A stretch of DNA of 62,679 nucleotides, counting the filler, from Diploschistes diacapsis (taxonomy: Eukaryota): NCBI GenBank assembly GCA_023645945.1. It is 10 parts of 10 records of this genome, joined end to end, with 100 filler letters (N's around TTAATTAATTAA, not from the genome) between each part and the next. Parts side by side here need not be neighbours in the genome. Positions count along the whole stretch, not along the records: positions 37,786 to 43,943 come from JALAIB010001428.1; positions 44,044 to 50,195 come from JALAIB010001429.1; positions 50,296 to 56,440 come from JALAIB010001430.1; 7 more parts are not named here. One strand, given 5' to 3'. The position numbers were made by a program, and so were the translations under genes. Positions 37,892-50,618 of the stretch are shown one piece after another (position 1 is the stretch's first letter; each line of letters opens with the position of its first letter). The notes under the pieces are model-generated. The model had not been told where the DNA came from and did not search any database. It was given only the letters and a program-made list of their open reading frames with translations.

Positions 37892-40800
37892 TCACCCCGA
37901 CTCCTTATAAAACTTCCTCATAATCAGCGCCAGGAACCCCTCCACATTAACCCTGACCTTCCCGCCCTCGTCGAAAAACTCCAGCCACGCGACGCCCTCG
38001 AATTGCGCCGACAGCAGCTCGTCCAGCGTCACCTGCGCCGACGCCCCCGGCATCGCGATGCTGCCGCTGCTCCCCTCGAGCCCGAACACGCCGATCTCGT
38101 TGCTGAACACCGTCAGGTCCAGCTGGCCCCACTGCCGATCGCCGTAGCCCTGCCAAACCGTCAGGATCCCCCGGTGCGCCAGCTCCGCCGCGCTGTACTT
38201 GTACGACCCGAAGCGGGGCGTCTTGCCGGCGAGCGCGAGCTCGCGCTCGTGGTTCCACTGCTTCGTGAAGGGCAGCAGGAAGCGCTTCTTCGGGCCCTTG
38301 TTCTGCATCGTCGTCATCGTCTGCTCGACGTAGTCGTTGTACGTCTTCAGCTGCGCGTCCAGGTGCGCGGCCTGCTCGTCCAGCCGGCCGAGCGTGTGGC
38401 GCACGCTCTCCAGCTCGCGCGCGCGCGCCACGCGCCGCCGGTGCTTGGTGCGGATGTCGACGGCGATGGCGTTGAGCAGGTCCTGGTAGTTGTTGACTTT
38501 CGTGAGCCGGCCCATGCGCTCCAGCTCGATGATGTTCTCGAGACAGGTGCGCTTCAGGTCGGGGTATGTCATGGAGGCGAGGTCGAGGAGAGCGGAGGAG
38601 GAGTCGGTGTACGCGGCTCCGTTGCCGCTGCGCCTGTTGGGGCTCGAGCAGGAGGTGGATGCGAGCTCGGAGCGGACGAGAGCCGCCCAACGGGCTTCGT
38701 CGTCTGGGGTCACGGGTTTGATCATGATTTCCATCAGGGTCGTGCCGGATTGCACGCGGATTAGGTACAGGATGCAGCGCTTCGTTTCCATGAAGAGAGC
38801 TTTGAATTCCGCGTCGGGATCTATACGCGCACAACGTTAGCACCGGAGGCTTGCGGAGGCAGGAAGAGGACTTGCCTTCGGTACTGTGTAGCTTCGGATT
38901 GAGCGTCAGGCAGATCTCTGACGCGCCGATATTCACAAGCTCGCTCTCGTTCGTCTTCACGCTGCCCAGCTCTCTGATCACATTCCGAAGCATGTCGTCT
39001 TGAGTGGGACATATGTACGCGACACCATTAGCGACCAGGTGATGTATTGAAAATATGTCCGACATTTTAATGTACAAGGTAGGCTTCGTCTTTGCGTAAA
39101 GGTCGTTAAACTCGTCGATGTCGAACTGCGCCTCGGGGTCCGGCACTTCGACCACTGCAAAATCGTTAAAACGAAGGCCACCACATCCCGCTTGCAGTAC
39201 TCACAGATGTTCCAGATCTCGCTCAAGTGGCCGATCTGGTCCCCCATGAAGATGTTCAACGGTTGCAGGAAGTCATTGTCCCCTCTGCCGAACAGCTTCG
39301 CCTGACATATCTGGTTGGTGATCTTGGCAACTTCGCTCAATGTCTTTTTCTGGTCCGGGGCAAGACCTCTGTCGCTGACACCGAATCTCTCAGGCTCCAA
39401 CAGTCCTGGCTGGAGGTAGTTCTTCCATACCCAGTGTCCGACGATCTGAAGCAACAGGCCTTGGTCCTCGTGGTAGAAGCGTGCACTGAGATGGTAGAAC
39501 ATCTGCTGCGCGATATAGCGAATACCGTACGGCATTTTCTCCATCGCGGTCTCGAGACGTCCAAAAGCATCCATGACCAGTTCCCGTAGATCCTGAAGGT
39601 GCCGGATATAGATGGTCTTTACCTGCGGGTCGTTGACGGCCTGCTGAGCGGTAACGTCAAACCTCTTGGTGCTCCGTCTGCCAGTCTGCAGCTGCTCGTT
39701 CTGAATGATGTTGTGGTAGATGACGAGAGGATCGGTGCTGTAGTCCGCGTCCGGATTGTCGGTGAGAGTCTTGACGATGGGGCCGAATAGATCCCTGAGA
39801 TATCTGCGATCTTGAGGCGATCTCGAATAGCTGTTGAACATTTTGATCCAGAAGAAGTTGCCTCGTAGGAAATCTTGGTAAGTTTGGCAACCATCGATTT
39901 CTTCTTTGATCGACCTTGTGATCAGCTTGACCAAGTAATACTCTTCCCTTCTCTTATTTATGTGGCCAAAGAGGCCTATCATAAGGTTCTTGATTCGCTC
40001 GCTCTCCTTCTCCGGGGTGGCTTGTTCCCTGAGCTTCTTGAAGAGACGTGCGAGATACTGGGGCTTGCTTTGCAGCATGAAGAATAGTTCTTGGTAGAGC
40101 TCGAGCTTCCGTCTCGAGTTCTTGTTCAAAGCTTTCAAATCAAACGGATCTTTTGAGCCAAGTCCCCTGAGCTTAGCTGAAATGATGTTACCGCCATGCT
40201 GCTTCTTGAACCGCGCCAGCTCGTCAGACTTTATCTTGTTGCTGATCATGAGCGCGATCTTGACATCGAGTTGCTGGATGTATTGGTCTACCATTTCGTT
40301 CTGGCGCACTTGCTGCACCACGGTCTTTCGAAGTCGTTCCATCTCGATCTCTTCATCAAAGTCGAAATCACTATCATTGAGGAGATGGACAAAATTTTTG
40401 ACAGTTCCCACTGGTGGGTTTTTACCACTCGTCAAGCTCTTGTACGCTTGACCTTGTAGCCTAGCACGGATGTAGCTCTGAGCCTTGACAACTTTGTCCA
40501 TGTTCTCTTTGAAGAAGCGCTTCTTCTCAGCAAATCGAGCACGGACAAGCATCCCTCGAACAGCAGCCTGCAAAGCCTCGACGACTGGTTCTTCTTCGTC
40601 TAGTTGACCTAGGGTAGAGCCTACATCGAGCCGGACAAGCATTGCACGGCTGAGAGCTTGCAGTTGAACAACCTCCTCTTCGTTGGCATGCAGCTCCCGA
40701 AGATGGCCGTTGTTCTGTTTTCGGAAGAGCATTGCTCTCGAGAATGCTTGCAGCTTGGCGATATTGTCATGTTGACTCTGCAAAGATCTCTGGTCTGCAG

Positions 40801-43045
40801 CTAGACGGCGGCGCAGAAGCAAGGCGCGCGAAGCAGCCTGAAGGAGTGTGGCTTCCTGGGAAGTCGCCTGGAGAGAGGATCTGAGGTCGTGAACGCGTGC
40901 CCGAGTAGCAGCTGCACGGGCTTGAGCCTGTACATCGCATATCGCTAGCTTATGCGCTTTCAATTCTTCCTGATTGCAAAGCACACGATTTCTTTGGATC
41001 ACACCTCTGGCGACAGACTGTAATGCTTTGAAGACCGGAGTTGCTTGTCGCAGAGCTTGATATTGACGGGCCTTGCTATGCCTTGTGGCCATCGCTCGGG
41101 CCGCTGATTGCAGCGCTGTTATCGAGCGCTGAGACTGTCGTAAATGAGCTGCCTGTTCCTGATATCTTTGGCGCTCTTTCATCCCTCGGATGGCGGCTTG
41201 AACCAATTCGATACCTCCCTGGGCGTGTTGCTGCACCTCTTTGAAATGGTCATCGAACCGCTTTCTGCCAAGCGTTCCTCGTACCGCAGCTTGAAATTCC
41301 CGAATACCGGATTCTTCACGTCTCATGCTTGATTTGAGATGCTGAGTGGCTTCTCTCGATTTCCGAGCCCGTACAAGACTTTGCAGCAAGATGACCTGGG
41401 GCTCTACAATCCGCCAATTTTCTTCCTTGACTAGCTGACGCTGCCTAACCACCAATCCCCTGGCTGCGCTCTGAAGTTTAGTGACGGATCGATTCAAGTT
41501 TGCCTTGTAGTCGAAAATCTGGCGCGCCCAACTTCCTCTCAGCCGCGACTGGAGTTCGACCAGTGCAGGTTCTCCATCCCAAAGACATCCCATGGTGTCG
41601 CCAAGCTTCAAGCGTGTGAGGCAGCCACGAATCTGTGCCTGTAGTTCAACAACGTCCGCTTCGTGCATCGAAAGCTCGCGGTTGATCCGCTCTTCTTCTG
41701 TTTCCACCGGTTCAGGCTCCGGTTCAGGCTCCGGTTCAGGCTCCGCGCCAAAGTTTGCTCCCATGCCTGAGAAATTTGGCAGGCTAACCCCGGCTTTGTC
41801 GAGCCCCTTCTGTGTCTGCTCGAGTTCATGGTGCTCAAATTCAAGTTGACCGAGGAGATTGCCAATCTTGAAGTCGACCATTCCATTCCTGAAGAGGACG
41901 TAGGATAGTGCGTGGATGCAGTAGATGACCTTTGGGATGTTCTTCTTTTCGTAGAGATCGACCAGCTCGAACCTGAATAGCTCTGGAAGTTCGACTTCGT
42001 TCAAATAGCGGAAGAAAACTGCAATGTTGTCCGAATGACGAAACTGCAGTTTGGGGTGCCTGAAAATCCGTATGGCATGCCCTGGCTTCAGAGCTTGCAC
42101 TACCTCTGCCAGCGTGACGCCATCGCGAAGAGCTTCTTCAAGCTGCACGATTGGTGGTATGGGCTTGTGTATCACATCTTCTATCCATTCCTTGGCTTCG
42201 CCGATGTGGCAGAGATACTCGTAAGCTTGAAGGAATTGTCTTTGCTGGTCCATCCAATTTCGACCGCTCCACTCCGAACGTAGACTGACAAGAGCCTGTC
42301 CGGGCCTTGAGCCCCTGACTGAATCCCCTCTTTTTAGTTGCCGCCTCCCTTGAAGTCCTACCACGGAAGAATGCGGCGCAGTGATGGAGAATCCATCATC
42401 CCCTGTTTCCCGAGTCAGTTTCGATAAAGTTCGTAATTGTGCCGTTGATGAGTTCTGAAGTTCGGCCAGATCTGGCTGAGCGAGAATCGCAGGACGCTGG
42501 CTGTGACTGCTGTGGTGCGTATGAAGACTTTGGGCGTTCGATGCTCGTCCTGCCCCAGCGTCTTCTGGCGGTAGAGACATTGCGCGCATATGAGTGGGCC
42601 GCGGTGGAGAACGGTCGTGGTAAGTGGGCGATGTATGGAACCTGTCGGCACCGTAGTCTTGCTCTTCGCGACCGTCCGCGTCCAGTGTCGGAGAATAACT
42701 TTGCTTCCGCAGAGGTGGCAGCGCGTTCGGTGGCTGAGGCAAAGGACGCAGGGACTGTCTTATGCTTTTGTACGTTGTGGATGGAGGTAGATCAGTGCTG
42801 GTGCTGTGTCGATGACCCGTCACCATTCCAGCTTCCGCCCGGTCTCGTTTGTGACCCGCATGCGCTTGGTAGCCAGAGGATGCCGACGACGATATTGTGC
42901 TCGTGCGACTCGGTGGGAAAGGGTTCGAGTATCCTGAATAGGCCGAGGAGTTCGTAGAAGCGTTCGACATATGCCGCAAAGGACTTGTTCTCGGTGGAGA
43001 GCAGTTGCCTTGCGGAGGCTTCTGCTGCGGCAACGTGTAGGCCAT
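37892..43045 (-). CDS. IQG1: IQGAP-related cytokinesis protein (Iqg1/Rng2/SepG family)
   Basis: CH domain (AYEYLCHIGEAKEWIE, LRDGVTLA), many IQ motifs (LQAQIRG, LQSAARG), a RasGAP-like domain and RasGAP_C (METKRCILYLIRVQ). Introns at about 39155-39204 and 38821-38875 (GC-AG). Confidence 0.93.
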
Positions 43046-43943
43046 GGCGGGTTTGTTCCGCCTTTTTTTTTGAAGCACTTGCTAACCTGTCAAACCTTCT
43101 TTTGCGCTCAGAAATTTCACCGAGATCTATCAAACATGCAGACTTGTGTGAGCATGACCTCCTAGGCGGCCCGTTTAAGGACCGGGTAAACAACAATATA
43201 ACCTCATTAACAAATTTTGACGGAAGCGCAAAGATTGACTAAAGCATTGACTAGCCAGAGCGATGCTGCACCCAGGCTCTTTCAAGCTCAGACAAAGATA
43301 CTTCCACAAGGCAATCGCGAATTCCTTTCCACCATGTGGGGTATATCTTGGAGGATGGGCTGAGAGGTTTTTTGTTTGGGGGTTTGTTGACTTCGCGTCT
43401 CGAAATAGCTTAGCTCTCGGCAAGCTTCTACGCCGGGTTTTTGGACGTGGCCCAAGCTTCAAAGCCGCCAAGGAAAATACCCATCAAGATTTCATCACAG
43501 AAGTTTTAGTAACCTAAGGACCTTGAGGTGGAAACCCCCCCCAGCTGAAGCACCACCTAGCCTAGGACATGCTTGAAGCCTAGCTTGCGTACATGGACGA
43601 AGTTGAAGACGGAAAGGGGAAGTCATTATCTAGTAAGATTAGGCTGCGCTAAAAACCCTCATCAACCAAGGTTAAAAACAGAGAACGAGGCCAAAGAAAC
43701 AAACGAACAGAAGAAAAGTATCGTTTAAAACTATTCATATAAACCCTGCAGTAAAACCCGCCCTGAAAGGTATAAGCTTAGGTGTCTGACACTCACTTCC
43801 TCCGGAAAGGCCGTTCGCAGTCCTTCACTCCTCTTCTTCCCCGATCTGTCTCTCTTCTACAAATCCCTTCCTCGCGCTCACCACTCAGCTCGGCGTGCCT
43901 CCCCTACTAGTCCCCGGCTCCCTCTCCCTTTTGCCCAAAAAGC

Positions 43944-44043
43944 NNNNNNNNNNNNNNNNNNNNNNNNNNNNNNNNNNNNNNNNNNNNTTAATTAATTAAN
44001 NNNNNNNNNNNNNNNNNNNNNNNNNNNNNNNNNNNNNNNNNNN
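43944..44043. other. Artificial contig linker
   Basis: N44-TTAATTAATTAA-N44. Confidence 0.97.
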
Positions 44044-44480
44044 CCCCCGGGGGCCTCTTTGGAGCCCCAAAAAAAGCGTTGCTGTTCCCCAAGTTACGCG
44101 GACAGCCAGCACCCACGGCGCGCCTTTTGCTAATTAAACACTTTCCTGTACAGTACGCCGTTGCGCTTAATTCGAGAGGAACTCCTTTTCCAAAATACTC
44201 TGTGACGCTCTTAACCTCAATCCACGGCTCGCGAATGGAGAATGCCTTCTGCTTATTAAGTCTCATTACGGTGATCTAGGGTAAAACGAGAAAAGTAATG
44301 AATCTATCACACCATGAGGACATTGGTTTGAAGCACCGGCCTCTGGTGTAGAAGGAACTGGTTAAACCCCAACAGTTCATCCATGCTTGGTCTGACAACA
44401 TCGTGAGCCTGAGTGGCCGCCGTGCACTCTCGCTCATCAATTGGGGGTGCCCTTGTTGAACTGGGTGTTCGTTGGAGGAT

Positions 44481-47400
44481 ATGGCCGCAACGTCCGGGAA
44501 AATGGTTGATATAAACGAGTCGATATGGAACTCACACCCAAGCACCTCGGATCCGTCAGGCGCTGAAGACTTGCAAGCAAAAGGTAAGCTCTTATACTTA
44601 ACCGTGGCCACCGTCGGCAGGCTGCATATAAACCAGAATATAGAAGCTTACAGTTGGGCTTACAGAAGGTCGTTTACGGAGGATACTGCAGAAGAGCCAG
44701 GCCGATAATCCAAGAGTGTTCCACTTCACCAATGGAAATCCGCTTGATGGCGATGCTCAAGAGAAAGGAGCTACTCCAAGAAGACCTTCCCTCCGCAACC
44801 AGAAGGTCCCAATGGGTGCGAGACCGTTGACAAGATCACCCAGCAAGCCGTGAGCTACCTACTTAATCTTACTCCCACTGTTGCGAGGCTAAGAGCATCC
44901 CTCTTTTAGATCAAACGCTCTCGATAATACGCGCTCGACTCGGTCTACTTCGCCTAGCGTTAAATCCGGCCCTCGACCTCGCCAGTCCTCCTTTGCGAAT
45001 GCTCCCCAGTCCAACTTCGACCGCCGACTTGATGACGATGTTTTTAATAAGGAAGATCAAACTCAAAGTGTGCCATTCCTGCCCGAAGTCAACTTTGATG
45101 ATCTGCACACAAGCATAACAGGGGAGCTAAACATGTACGATTTGGCGGCGTCCAAGACTGGGTTCGATGATTCGACAGCGGCAAGGTGTGGCAGACCGGC
45201 CGAGAAGAGTACGGCGGCTCCAGCATTGAGGCTCACAGAGAGGAGAGACCCCTCGGAGACTCGAATTGCCCGGAGCAATCCACTGATACGCAAGCAAATC
45301 AGCACTGCACCCAAAGCTCAGCCTGGGAACAGACCGAATGCCTCTAGAAATGTGGAAAGTCTTGCAATGGGGAGGACCCGCCGCCAAAGCCATTTTCCAA
45401 GCTCTACATCCAGCACCAACGTTATCCGAGCCCCTCGGAAATCCATAGGGCCCGGCGTATTACCTCACAGCACCAGCGACTACTCGTTTCTTAAGCGAGA
45501 GTTTCCCCCAAATATTGGTCACGCCAAGTCCGAAAGACACCCGAGAGCAGATATGGGGTTTGGTGATGGACCTTCCGCCTACGACTCGGGGGACTTGAGT
45601 ATGCCTACGAACCGAGCCAGCAAGAGTCAAACTGTGCAGACACCAAGGAGAAGCGGCGCAGAAGCTTTGCATACGAAGCTCAGCACGCCCGAAACCCCTG
45701 GGGCAGGTGCATCGTCCAGTTCTTCTCGTTCTCCATTTAGGTACAGCCGGGTGGGCGCAACCACGCCATCCTCGGCCAAGCGTCTTTCGGTGGTACCGGG
45801 CCACGCGACGGGCCTAGGGGCACGGACAATCAGTCCCACAGACGCAAGAAGAATGAAACGGATGTCAATAATGCAGAACGCACCACCTATTCCTTCCACC
45901 ACTCCCGCGTCTCTGCCTGATAACAGTGCGCTCGAGGGCAAGATGGCGGCCGAACCAGTATCGCAGATCCCACGGAAGGCAGAAACACCCCCATCCAACC
46001 GAACAACACCGGAGCCGAACCGAAAATCCACTGGCTCTGCGGTCTCGGTCTCGTCCAACACGAGCTCGAACTCATTTCGTCTTCAAAACGGCAACAGTAT
46101 GCGAGGGTATCAAAGCATAGCAAGTTCGAGATTACCAACTCTCAAAGGTAGAAACGAGCCAGTACATGCAGGTACGGAGGAAGGTGTACCTCCAGTGCCC
46201 GCCATACCGAAGGCTTACGAGTCGCCGAAAACCGAACAAGAAATTTCTTTTGCGGTGGCGCGCAAGTGGAGCCTTCAGTTCGATGCTACTAGTAATGCAA
46301 GCGCATCCACAAACGACTATATGTCGGCAGCTTCAACGAATTCGTCTGAGAAGGAGGTTGCCAAGTCAGAACACAATCACAAACCCAGGAAAGTCTTCGG
46401 CCTGAGCGCTGACATGCCTGACGAGAGGGCTTCTGGGGCCCAGGACGGCAGGAGAACCTTTCAACCCATACGACTACCACCGCTGAATCTACTTCCACTT
46501 AGCGCACCAACAGCGGACAAAATTGCGGCGCTGACCGATACCAACGATAATCGCGCTCGCGGACCCAGTACACCACCGCCAAAGCGGGGCGTTCCACAGA
46601 CGCCTAGTACGCCAATGACAGCTTCAAAGGCCAACTTTAACCGCTACCCTCCAAGGGAAGACTCGAGCATATTGCCTGTGCACCTCAGGACTAGCAGCTC
46701 GCATTACAATTTGAAGTCTGATATGGGGCACTCGCGAATTCCGAGCGGTTCAACAGCAAATTTTCCTAGCGCCATCGAGCTCAAAGCACGTCATAAGGCT
46801 CATTCGCCCTACCTCTCATCGTCTCTTCCAAAGTCGAGCGGTGAGTTCGCGCCGCCGCGGTCAAAGCCTGTTGGCGATCGTAGCATCAGCACAGTGGGAA
46901 TGGACTTCAAGCTTGTCAAGCCTACCGGGCCCCGAGCTCAAGTAACAGGGAAAATTTCCAGGGCGGAGCCCACTGAGCCGTCAGGCGCCTTGACCGATAC
47001 GGAGACAAGCTCTTTTGGCAGTACGCTTCGTCGGAAACTTAGCCTCACCCGAAAGAAGAGCGGCTCTAAAGCTGACACGGAGCGTCCGCCACAGCCACCG
47101 GACCACGAAGTCATGCCCCCTCCAAAGCTTCCTGCGTCAGCCACGTGGACAGGCCCATGGCATCCGAGTGCAAGCCCCACCCAACGCCCGACTTACCTGC
47201 ATTCTCGTCGAAAGTCGACCGTAGCAGACGGCGCGACAAAACACGATCGGAATCGGAGCGACATTGCAGCGGCCAATGGGACGGCGGAAAGGGGTATTGT
47301 GCAACCTGAAGCGCAACGAGTCCCCCAAGCCGCAAGGGCTACCTCGAGCAGTATACCATCTACATCAAAACACCACCGAGGCAACAACCAAAGGGGAACA

Positions 47401-49174
47401 TCAAGGCCTCAGGCGATTGACCCAAATCTTGATCGAGATGACCTTGTTGCTGAGGACGAAATGGTGAAGCTGGCCCATAAACGGAGAAGCGCGGAGAATG
47501 CCGCCAAGGAACTTGACGAGCTTAAGCAGAGAGCCCTGCCAAAGGATTGTGTAACGCCTGCGCAAGCATTGAGAGCTGCCCGTCTCAACATCTTCGAGCG
47601 CGGGGAAATTATGGATTTCAAGGAGATCTACTTTTGTGGAACGCAAAACGCCAAAAAGATTGATGGCAACGCACAAGGAGCGGCCTCCAGCAACTTTGGC
47701 TATGATGATGAGAGAGGCGACTACAACATTATTCTGGGGGATCATCTAGAGTACCGTTACGAAGTAATAGACGTGCTTGGCAAGGGCAGTTTTGGACAGG
47801 TCGTCCGATGTATTGACCACAAGACCGGAGACCTCGTTGCAATTAAGATCATTCGGAACAAAAAGAGATTCCACCAGCAAGCTCTGATAGAAGTCAATAT
47901 ACTCCAGAAACTCAGAGAATGGGTAAGGCCACCTTTGATGACAGAAGATTGACCGACTAACATACACAACCTAGGACCCGGAGAACAAGTATAGCATGGT
48001 CAACTTCACCGGGCAGTTTTACTTTCGAGGCCATCTATGCATATCGACCGAGCTCCTGGGACTGAACCTTTACGAGTTCATCAAGCTTCATGATTTCAGA
48101 GGCTTCTCTCTCAAACTAATTCGGCGATTTACTAAGCAGATGCTCAATAGCTTACTTCTGCTGCAAAGTCGGAAGATCATCCATTGCGATCTGAAACCGG
48201 AGAATATTCTTCTTGCGCATCCGGCCCATTCGGAGATTAAAGTTATCGATTTTGGATCGAGTTGTCACGAAAATGAGAGAGTGTATACGTACATTCAATC
48301 CCGGTTCTACCGCTCGCCGGAAGTTATATTGGGAATGAGTTATGGCATGCCCATCGATATGTGGAGCTTGGGGTGCATTCTCGCGGAACTCCTCACAGGA
48401 TATCCTATATTCCCTGGCGAGAACGAACAGGAGCAGCTTGCTTGCATAATGGAAGTTTTTGGACCCCCAGACAAGCAGCTTATCGAGAAGGCAACGCGCA
48501 AGAAGCTTTTCTTTGATTCAATGGGTAAACCACGACTCACAGTGTCATCGAAAGGCAAACGGAGGCGACCGAGCTCAAAGACCCTTCAGCAGGCCTTGAA
48601 GTGTGACGATGACCTTTTCCTAGAATTTCTTACCAAGTGTCTGCGCTGGGATCCAGAGCGGCGGATGAAGCCGGACGAAGCCGTTCATCACGCGTTCATC
48701 ACAGGCGTCAAGCCCACTGTTGGCCGAAACCTACGGCCTCTGCCACAATCTACGAGTGGCATCAGCACTTCCCCGATCAAGCGATTCAACTCTTTTCACA
48801 CCCCTTCTTCGGCCGTCAGACCTTTACCTGATCCTCCGACGACCGCACTCAAGAATGCAGTGGCCAATAAGACTCGAGATGGGCTGAATACTTCGCCCAG
48901 TAAGCTGGCTACAAAGCGGCATTCTACTGTAACGGCGATGACGAATGGCATTGGAGTAGGAGCAAGGAAAGGCTCGGGTAACATCACAGGTATCGGAGCG
49001 GGACCCAAACTGGAAACGAAGATGGCAACTGGCGGCAGCGCAGGGCGCGGGACTGACCTAGCCTCTGCTGCTGCTGCTGCTGCGGCTGCTACGACCGTGA
49101 GTAGTTCTCATGCAAGGCCCAGCAACCAGCGGCGGAAAACAACAGCGCTGATCATGCAGCAGAAAACTCGATGA
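44481..49174 (+). CDS. DYRK2-class dual-specificity kinase (Pom1/PomA-like); start codon tentative
   Basis: DH box (YDDERGDY), GKGSFGQV, HCDLKPEN, DFGSS and YTYIQSRFYR. Introns at about 44583-44664 (tentative), 44850-44909, 47923-47973 and probably 49097-49159. Confidence 0.88.
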
Positions 49175-49877
49175 TGCTAGTTATCGGGTGAGCACGCGAT
49201 AGGTTTGAGGAGGATAACAATTGTACAGGATAAAGGATGGGCACGATAGCGGACGGAACAGTATCCGGAAAAAGGAGGGAAGGAGATGGAAGGAGACGGG
49301 CTTCAACCGTACATGAGCAAGCAAGCATAACCACGGTGGCGTTCTTTTATTACGGTCGTTCCAAGCACACCCCTTATACCCTTCTGTTCTTTTCAGTCTA
49401 CCGTGGCATCTTTGCAAGAGTGGAATCTATCGGTTGCTGTGCGTTACCGTTTCACCAGGATGTTGTATCTTTGGGGTCGGAAAGTGACTCGTTGCTTCGA
49501 TCTCCTCTCAGTGCGGTAGACCAAGGAATGTAGGTGGACGACATGGTCAGAGTAATGTAATCCTTGAGCGGTCCTCAATTGAGTTCCTAGAGTAGCTACG
49601 TAATCCGCCCATAATGTTCTATCATAACACGTAGAACACTCCAGCACCCCAGATGTGCCCACGAAGGACTCCACAGAATACCTAGTCGGCCTGCCCGATA
49701 TACGTGAACGCCCCTCTTCAACAACCAAACCCGTCCAGCAGTGCTCATGAAGGCTTCTCGATTCTCCCAGCGCTTCCCTTGATTATTTGCCTGCCCCAAC
49801 ATTCGTCCGATCCAGCATTCAATTTTCTTTCCATTCCCCCCCCCTCCTTATCCCCGCCTCTCTTCCAAGAATCCGCT

Positions 49878-50195
49878 CTAGAACCTCAACTTCGGGCCCC
49901 CAAACACCAGCAGGAAGGCAACGCACCACAGCCCCGCGATGCCCGCGTACAGCACCATCCGGCCCCACCACCATCTCCCCTCGCTCATCTTCCGCAGCGT
50001 GCCCATGCGCGCGCTCGCGCTGTCCATCCCCTCCTTGTTCCGGCCCAGGCTGGACTCGGCCCTGGACAGCGTCTCCGTGTCGAGCGAGAGGTCCGCGCCA
50101 AACCGCTGCGCCGACGCCTTGAGCGCCGACGCGAGCGAGACGAGGGAGGTCGTTAGGTCGGCCTGCAGGGAGTCTTGCGATTCGAGGAGTTGGGT
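49878..50195 (-). CDS. USE1: Use1/Slt1-like ER SNARE, C-terminal part only (5' lost at the contig end)
   Basis: My translation, not in the ORF track: QADLTTSLVSLASALKAS..NKEGMDSASARMGTLRKMSEGRWWWGRMVLYAGIAGLWCVAFLLVFGGPKLRF*. This is a SNARE coil followed by a tail anchor. Confidence 0.75.
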   Translation of the reverse strand, partial: TQLLESQDSLQADLTTSLVSLASALKASAQRFGADLSLDTETLSRAESSLGRNKEGMDSASARMGTLRKMSEGRWWWGRMVLYAGIAGLWCVAFLLVFGGPKLRF

Positions 50196-50295
50196 NNNNN
50201 NNNNNNNNNNNNNNNNNNNNNNNNNNNNNNNNNNNNNNNTTAATTAATTAANNNNNNNNNNNNNNNNNNNNNNNNNNNNNNNNNNNNNNNNNNNN
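50196..50295. other. Artificial contig linker
   Basis: N44-TTAATTAATTAA-N44. Confidence 0.97.
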
Positions 50296-50618
50296 GTGTA
50301 GGGGGGGTGGGGCGAGGCGATGTCGATGTCGATGATAAGCTGGCATAACAAAAATACCTGCTCTCCCTTCTTTTTATGCGGCCGGTCACGAGAAAATCGG
50401 AAGATGCTTCAGGTTGATTTTGTAAAAAACAGAACCCGAAGAAGGGCTCTTTGGGAATGTTCCAAGTATCTATGGTTTGTTTTGTAAATTGGCGTGAAGC
50501 ATCGCTCGAGCTCTTGTGTGGGTCATAAAGTGGGTAGAAAGAGGTGTTTTGGTATGCCCACCATCATCTAATATCGCCTCGGTAGGGGGGCAAGGGGGGG
50601 GGGGTTTAAAGTACGTAC

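Noticed and set aside
37811..38764. 317-aa plus-strand ORF and other long antisense ORFs (2022-2576, 55041-55757)
   Set aside because: These are shadows of GC-rich or low-complexity codons in real genes on the opposite strand.
37892..49174. IQGAP and Pom1-like kinase as a cytokinesis gene cluster
   Set aside because: They lie on different contigs separated by an artificial linker.
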